Shown: piece after piece, positions 58,405 to 64,000 of the stretch | How the letters are laid out: every line of letters begins with the position of its first letter | Position numbering within the stretch: position 1 is the stretch's first letter | NCBI GenBank assembly: GCA_964016885.1 | Contig: OZ024742.1 | Location: 306,156,001 to 306,220,000, forward strand | Direction of reading: 5' to 3' | Length of the DNA: 64,000 bases | From: Eledone cirrhosa | Lineage: Eukaryota | Program-made: the position numbers and the translations under genes | The notes under the pieces: generated by a model | Database searches by the model: none | Told to the model about the DNA's origin: nothing | The model's input: only the letters and a program-made list of their open reading frames with translations

Positions 58405-60858
58405 ATGGAAAAACAATACTTGGGAACTTCTCTAAAGAATATACCATTACCTTCTAAGGATGATTTCTTACTTCTTATGATACAAAAAACCAACCAATTT
58501 ATCAGAAGAGTCAGATGGAGAGCCTACCACTTCGATAAAAAATCAAAATGTACAGATAGGAAATATCTGTATGATTTCACTACATATAAAAATCCACCAC
58601 ACAACTCTCTACTTGAAAACTTTGAGAAAGACCTTTTTAATTTAATCAAACACCTCAAATTTAAGAGGTATAAATCTAACTTTCAAAAGGACCTTGATTC
58701 TACCCTATTGGACCTAAAAAAATCTAAAAAAATCCATGTCCACTCGGACAAAACTGGAAACCTATATCACATGGATATTGAAAATTACAATGAGTTCATA
58801 TATAAAGAACTCAGGAAAAATTATAGAAAAACAAATAATGCGTCACTTACCAACATCAACAACAAAACACACAGCATAGTGAATAGACTTAATATTGAAG
58901 ATAGAACTGAACCTTTGGCATTAAAAAGACCACACTTCAACCTGAAAGATCATAAATCAAACTTTAACTCTAATCCTTCTATAAGACTTATATGCCCTTC
59001 CAAATTTGATATTGGAATAATTAGTAAAAAATTTTTAGATAGAGTCATCCCACAAATAAGAAAACATGTTAATTTACCACTCTGGGAAAACATATCCCAG
59101 GTAATTAACTGGTTTAATAATATTAGATATAAATCCTCTGCTTCATTTCTACAATTTGATATAGATAATTACTATTCTTCTATATCACCTATACTCCTGA
59201 ACAAAGCCTTGATATTTGCTAAAAATAGATCTAACTTAACTTTGGATGACATTAATATTACTACACATGCTAGACTAACACTACTGGAATTTCAGAATGA
59301 ATACTGGACCAGAAACACATATAGTAATCTATTTGATATTACTATGGGCTCAAGCGATTCTGCCCAAATTACTGATCTTGTGGGCCTCTTCCTTCTTTTT
59401 AACATAAATGCTTCCTTTCCCCACCTTAAAGGTGGTTTATATCGTGACGACTGTCTTCTTCTTTCCAATAACCTTAGCCTCTCAGAGATAGAAAAAAACA
59501 AAAAGCTTATTAGAACTTTCCTTAAAGACTATTATAGTCTAGATATTACATTTGAAAACACAAGTAAAGTCGTTAATTTCCTAGATATAACATTAGACTT
59601 ATCTACGGGTATCTACCAACCTTACCATAAACCCAACCAAAATTTACACTACATACACTCACAATCTAATCACCCTAAATCTATCCTTAAAAACCTTGCA
59701 TATAATATATCACTTAGAATTTCTAACCTTTCGTCTAACCAAGATGTATTTGATAAAAATTCGACCTTTTATAACGAAGCTCTAGCTAGAAGTGGCCACA
59801 AAAATAGATTAGAATATATACCTTCTACCAATAACACTACAAACATACAACCTAATATTACCAACAAACACCAAATGAAACGTACACACCTAAATGCCAC
59901 TCACACTATACCCCAAAATACCAACATAAAACCAAATTTCTCTAACTCCTCTAATATACAGTATAGTAACTCTCAAAAAACTACTAATCCTACAACTCTA
60001 ATAAATGTTAATAATAAAACTCCTAATAAACAAGCTAAAACACCTAAATCAATAAATCTAACTAAAAATGTGTGTGGAGAGGTCATTAACAATAATTCTC
60101 CTAGTAAACATCAGGATGCATCCTATAAAAAAAATAAACAACATAGAAACCGTAATAGACGAGTTACTTGGTATAATGCTCCATTTAATTTACAAGTTAA
60201 GGATAATATACCTAAAAAATTCTTTAATATCCTAGAGAAAAACTTCCCGCCAAACCACAAATACCATCAAATCTTAAGTAGATCAACAGTTAAATTCTCC
60301 TACTCAACAACCAAAAACATAAAACAAAATATAAGTGCCTATAATGCATATAAATGTAAAAAAAACCATAAGTATACCACCAGTACATCAAACTAGCCAT
60401 AATATCTCCTCAAATACAGGATTCACGAAAAGTTGTAACTGTAGAAACAGGCAAACTGTCCATTAAAAGGAAATTGCCTTGTTAATAACATAATATATAA
60501 ATGTAAAGTTAACACTAAGGACTCTAGTTGTTCATATATAGGAGCTACCAGCAACAATTTTAAGGTAAGATTTAATACCCACAAACATAGTTTTAAAAAT
60601 GCCGCACTAGCTAATACAACATCTCTAGCTGAAAAAATTAATAGTTATAGAAAGAGGAATATAGAATATGACATGACCTGGAGTGTGCTCAAAAGAGCCA
60701 CCCCTTATCAAAATAGTAGAAATGAATGTAGATTGTGTTCCCAAGAACTTTTCGAAATAATGAAATCTAAGGATATCCTATTAAATAAGCGACAGGAATT
60801 AATAATATCGTGTAATCATAAACTGAGAAAAACATTTAAATATTATAAACCTAATTAA
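58405..60858 (+). CDS. Penelope-like RT-GIY-YIG polyprotein (two compensating 1-nt frameshifts at about 60360 and 60452)
   Basis: SLKNIP N-terminus, DKTGN, FLQFDIDNYYSSI, TMGSSDSAQITDLVG, GLYRDD, NFLDITL, SNHP. The +1 frame gives KSCNCRNR, then the original frame gives NCPLKGNCL..IIY..YIGATSNNFKVRFNTH..CRLCSQE..LLNKRQE..CNH. Confidence 0.93.
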
Positions 60859-61780
60859 TTTACATTTTAGAAATTAATATATAGATTAATTTTAATTTAG
60901 TTAACCTATAATTTTAATTTAGTTAACCTATAATTAAAATTCTACTACAGATGAAATACAAAATATCGTGTAATCATAAACTGAGAAAAACATTTAAATA
61001 TTATAAACCTAATTAATATACACTTTAGAAATTAATATATAGATTAATTTTAATTTAGTTAACCTATAATTAAAATTCTACTACAGATGAAATACAACAA
61101 AATATCGTTTAATCATAAACGGAGAAAAATATTTAAATATTATAAACCTACTTAATATACACTTTAGAAATTAATATATAGATTAATTTTAATTTAGTTA
61201 ACCTATAATTAAAATTCTACTACAGATGAAATACAAAATATCGTGTAATCATAAACTGAGAAAAACATTTAAATATAAACCTAATTAATATACACTTTAG
61301 AAATTAATATATAGATTAATTTTAATTTAGTTAACCTATAATTAAAATTCTACTACAGATGAAATACAAAATTCTGCTTTAAATATTATAAACCTATTTA
61401 ATATACACTATAGAAATTAATATATAAACTATTTTTAATTTAGTTAACCTATAATTAGTATTCTACTACCGATGAACTACATAATTTGGCTTTCCTTCTT
61501 ACAAATATCATTTCCTAAAACTGATACCATTAAGTAAACATATGTAATTATTTTTAATTTAGTTAAGCTATAATTAATATTCTACTACTGTTTAACTACA
61601 TAATTCCGCTTTAAATATTATAAACCTAATTATTATACACCTTAGAAATTGATATATAAACTATTTTTATTTTAGTTAACCTATAATTAATATTCTACTA
61701 ATGATGAACTACATAATTTGGCTTTCCTTCTTACAAATATCATTTCCTAAAACTGATACCATTAAGTAAACATATATGAA
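60804..61780 (+). repeat. Tandem array of about 135-bp units starting inside the endonuclease C-terminus
   Basis: aatatcgtgtaatcataaactgagaaaaacatttaaatattataaacc occurs at about 60804, 60962, 61101 and 61238, followed by diverged units. Confidence 0.9.
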
Positions 61781-62158
61781 GCTTTAACTTCAGGTTATGA
61801 CTATGTTCCTTGAAACCTATATATATTTACTATTTCCCACTAATAAATGTATTCCCCCCCCCCCAATAATTATATGTATATGTAAGCGTTGATGTGTGTG
61901 TATATATAAGTGTGTATGTATGTATGTGTGTATGTATGAGAGTGTAAAAATACATATATATGTATGTGTAGATATATATATATATATATATATGTGTATA
62001 TGTGTGTGAGTGTATATGTGTGTATGTATATATATATGTATGTCTGTATGTGTGTGTGTGTGTATGTATATGTACATGTGTATGTGTGTATATATGTATG
62101 TATATATATATATGTATGGGTATATGTTTGTGTGTGTATGTGTATGTATGTGTATATA

Positions 62159-62225
<67 letters not shown>

Positions 62226-63024
62226 GTGTGTGTGTATGTGTGTGTGTATGTATGTGTATATATATGTAGGTATATATATGTATGTATGTATATATATATA
62301 TATATATATATCATTTTTATATTTTTATATTCTTTTAATGTCCCCTCATCCTTAACAGCCCTTTTAAACTGCATCTAACTCTTATTTATCACATCTATAT
62401 GTATTAGTATAATTTTATCAAAAAAAAAATATATATATATATGTACCCATCAATTAAATTAATTTTGTATCCTTTTCATAGATGTATTTTTTTCACTAAC
62501 ATCCTTATCTTAAAACTCTGGTCACCCTAGATATTTGTATTGGCATCACTATTTTATAACAGCAACTGCTTGTATACCTTCTACTGACCACCTGACCTAA
62601 TTTCACCCCTAAAATAAGTTTCAATTACTACTATTTTACCATTTGGCCAAATATTAACAGACAGAATATATTTGGTCTTTGTTGGTTTTAGTCAATGAAC
62701 AAATAAATTTATATCTGAGGTCAACATATGACCTACTTCTTCCCTAAAGTAATCCATTATTATATTGGATCTTTGTTGGTTTTATTCATTGAACAATTAA
62801 AATTATTTCTGAGGTCAACATATGACCTACTTCTTCCCTAAAGTAATCCTTCATTCATAATACTCTTTTCCTTCCAAAACTGAAATCTACTTCCCCTACC
62901 TATAATTTAAGGTTCTCATAATGGTATCTATCTTGACCCTCACTATCTCCTGATTGGTCAATTCAAAACCTGTTCCCAAACCGACCTATTGTATTGAATC
63001 TTTGTTCTTATCAATAAACAAGTA

Positions 63025-63166
63025 TCATTATTTCTGAAGACAGCATATATATGTGAAGGTATGTATATTCTCTCTGATAGTTTGTATAAATATTGTACAT
63101 AGATCTATAGAATATGCATACCAATTCTAACACATATATATCCTAGAAACGATCGTAAAATAATGA
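63025..63166 (+). ncRNA. Type I hammerhead, 105-nt stem II, in PLE 3' UTR
   Basis: tcattattt-CTGAAGA-cagcatatatatgtg..ggtatgtatattct..agaatatgcatacc..cacatatatatccta-GAAA-cgatcg-TA-aaataatga. It has a 9-bp stem I and a palindromic stem III. Confidence 0.9.
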
Positions 63167-63351
63167 ACTTTTTTGTTTAATATAAGGAACTGCTTCTTTG
63201 TTTATTCATTATTTTTTTAATATTTTAAATATATATATATATATATAGTAATAATAATAAATTTGAAGACTAAAATCCAAAGAGGGCTCGATAAGGATAA
63301 ATATATATCAAATATATAAGAACCGTAGAGCAAATATTTATTAGAATAACA

Positions 63352-63402
63352 TATTAAAGCAAAGGATCGCTGCTTTCACCCTTAACGGGATCTTCTGAAA
63401 CT
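63352..63402 (-). ncRNA. Hammerhead variant with CAGAAGA core (homolog of 15161-15211)
   Basis: agttt-CAGAAGA-tccc gttaa gggt-GAAA-gca gcgatcctt tgc-TT-taata. Stem I is weak in this copy. Confidence 0.5.
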
Positions 63403-63826
63403 AACAAAGTCAATTGGTGAACGCAGAAGTGAATATTTCAAAAAACGTTGCAACCGGAGGAAGACAGGAAGACGATATTTGGTTCGTGGAAACGTTCCCT
63501 GGCAAAGAACGGGAAAAAGCGAATATAAGACGTCATTATTTGGAGCGGTGAAAAACAATTACACGCAAAAACAAAACCACGTTTATGGTATAAAAGAAGT
63601 TGTAGACTAATATTCCTATTAGGTGGTTCATAGAGACGTTCTCTGGCAACGAACGGAAAAAACGAAGATAATACGTCATATGTGCAGCGGGAAGAACAAA
63701 TGCACGCAAAGACAAAACCAAGTTCATCTACCCTACCTTCCACAAAATGCCATGATAGAATCATGTGTTTCAACAACAAACTTTTGACCAATCGTTGTGA
63801 TAATCACTTTTACCATATATGGAATT

Positions 63827-63922
63827 ACTCCGTGAGAAGTTCGGCTATTCATTTACCAGAATAAAAATGTTCATTTACTCCAGAATTAGCCATCGAAACG
63901 GCTTGAGCTCAGCCGTCGGGGT
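63827..63922 (+). ncRNA. Diverged copy of the A8 hammerhead family
   Basis: actcc-GTGAGAA-gttcggcta..tagccatc-GAAA-cggcttgagctcagccg-TC-ggggt. Confidence 0.65.
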
Positions 63923-64000
63923 CCTACTCGTTCCTATTACCCACTCTACTACCCTAAGTATTGAGTACTTTGGTGCGTTATGGTCCATCTGGTTCCTTAC

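Larger units (their letters stand above)
56499..63222 (+). mobile_element. Near full-length Penelope-like element (Hydra-clade-like) with inverted 5' pseudo-LTR, inserted in (TA)n
   Basis: ORF 58405-60858. 56639-57975 is the reverse complement of about 61850-63221, and 57975-58190 is the reverse complement of the 3' tandem array. (TA)n lies at both ends. Confidence 0.95.

Noticed and set aside
60804-61780. Regular repeat array as a CRISPR-like locus
   Set aside because: The units are contiguous tandem copies without unique spacers, the context is eukaryotic, and there are no cas genes.

Overview
AT-rich eukaryotic, repeat-saturated window with no recognisable host protein-coding gene. The (TA)n/(CA)n richness and the SINE families suggest an octopus or other cephalopod; this is an inference. 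Almost all listed ORFs are microsatellite artefacts. The real content is as follows. (i) Five Penelope-like retroelement (PLE) copies with RT and/or C-terminal GIY-YIG; the copy at about 56.5-63.2 kb is near-intact and has an inverted pseudo-LTR. (ii) Decayed Tx1-, RTE- and R4/Dong-like LINEs, a maT-like Tc1/mariner, small MITEs, tRNA-derived SINEs and a 5'-truncated U2 snRNA copy. (iii) About 25 type I hammerhead ribozyme (HHR) motifs, read by eye on both strands. About 12 have an intact CUGANGA/GAAA core and paired stems; the rest are core variants, decayed, or halves. They lie in PLE 3' UTRs and in several unrelated non-coding elements, which are embedded in (TA)n, often folded back as inverted duplications, sometimes terminally redundant (486-nt and about 2.1-kb units), and sometimes fused head-to-head to a PLE. 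Together this looks like a retrozyme-like population of non-autonomous RNAs that use (TA)n-targeting PLE machinery. Unusual ribozyme features include a U3-A8 covariant core, a U4A core, 50-105 nt stem II, recurrent U.U at the stem II base, and family-specific palindromic stem III. Structures and coordinates were derived manually, and ribozyme activity is untested.
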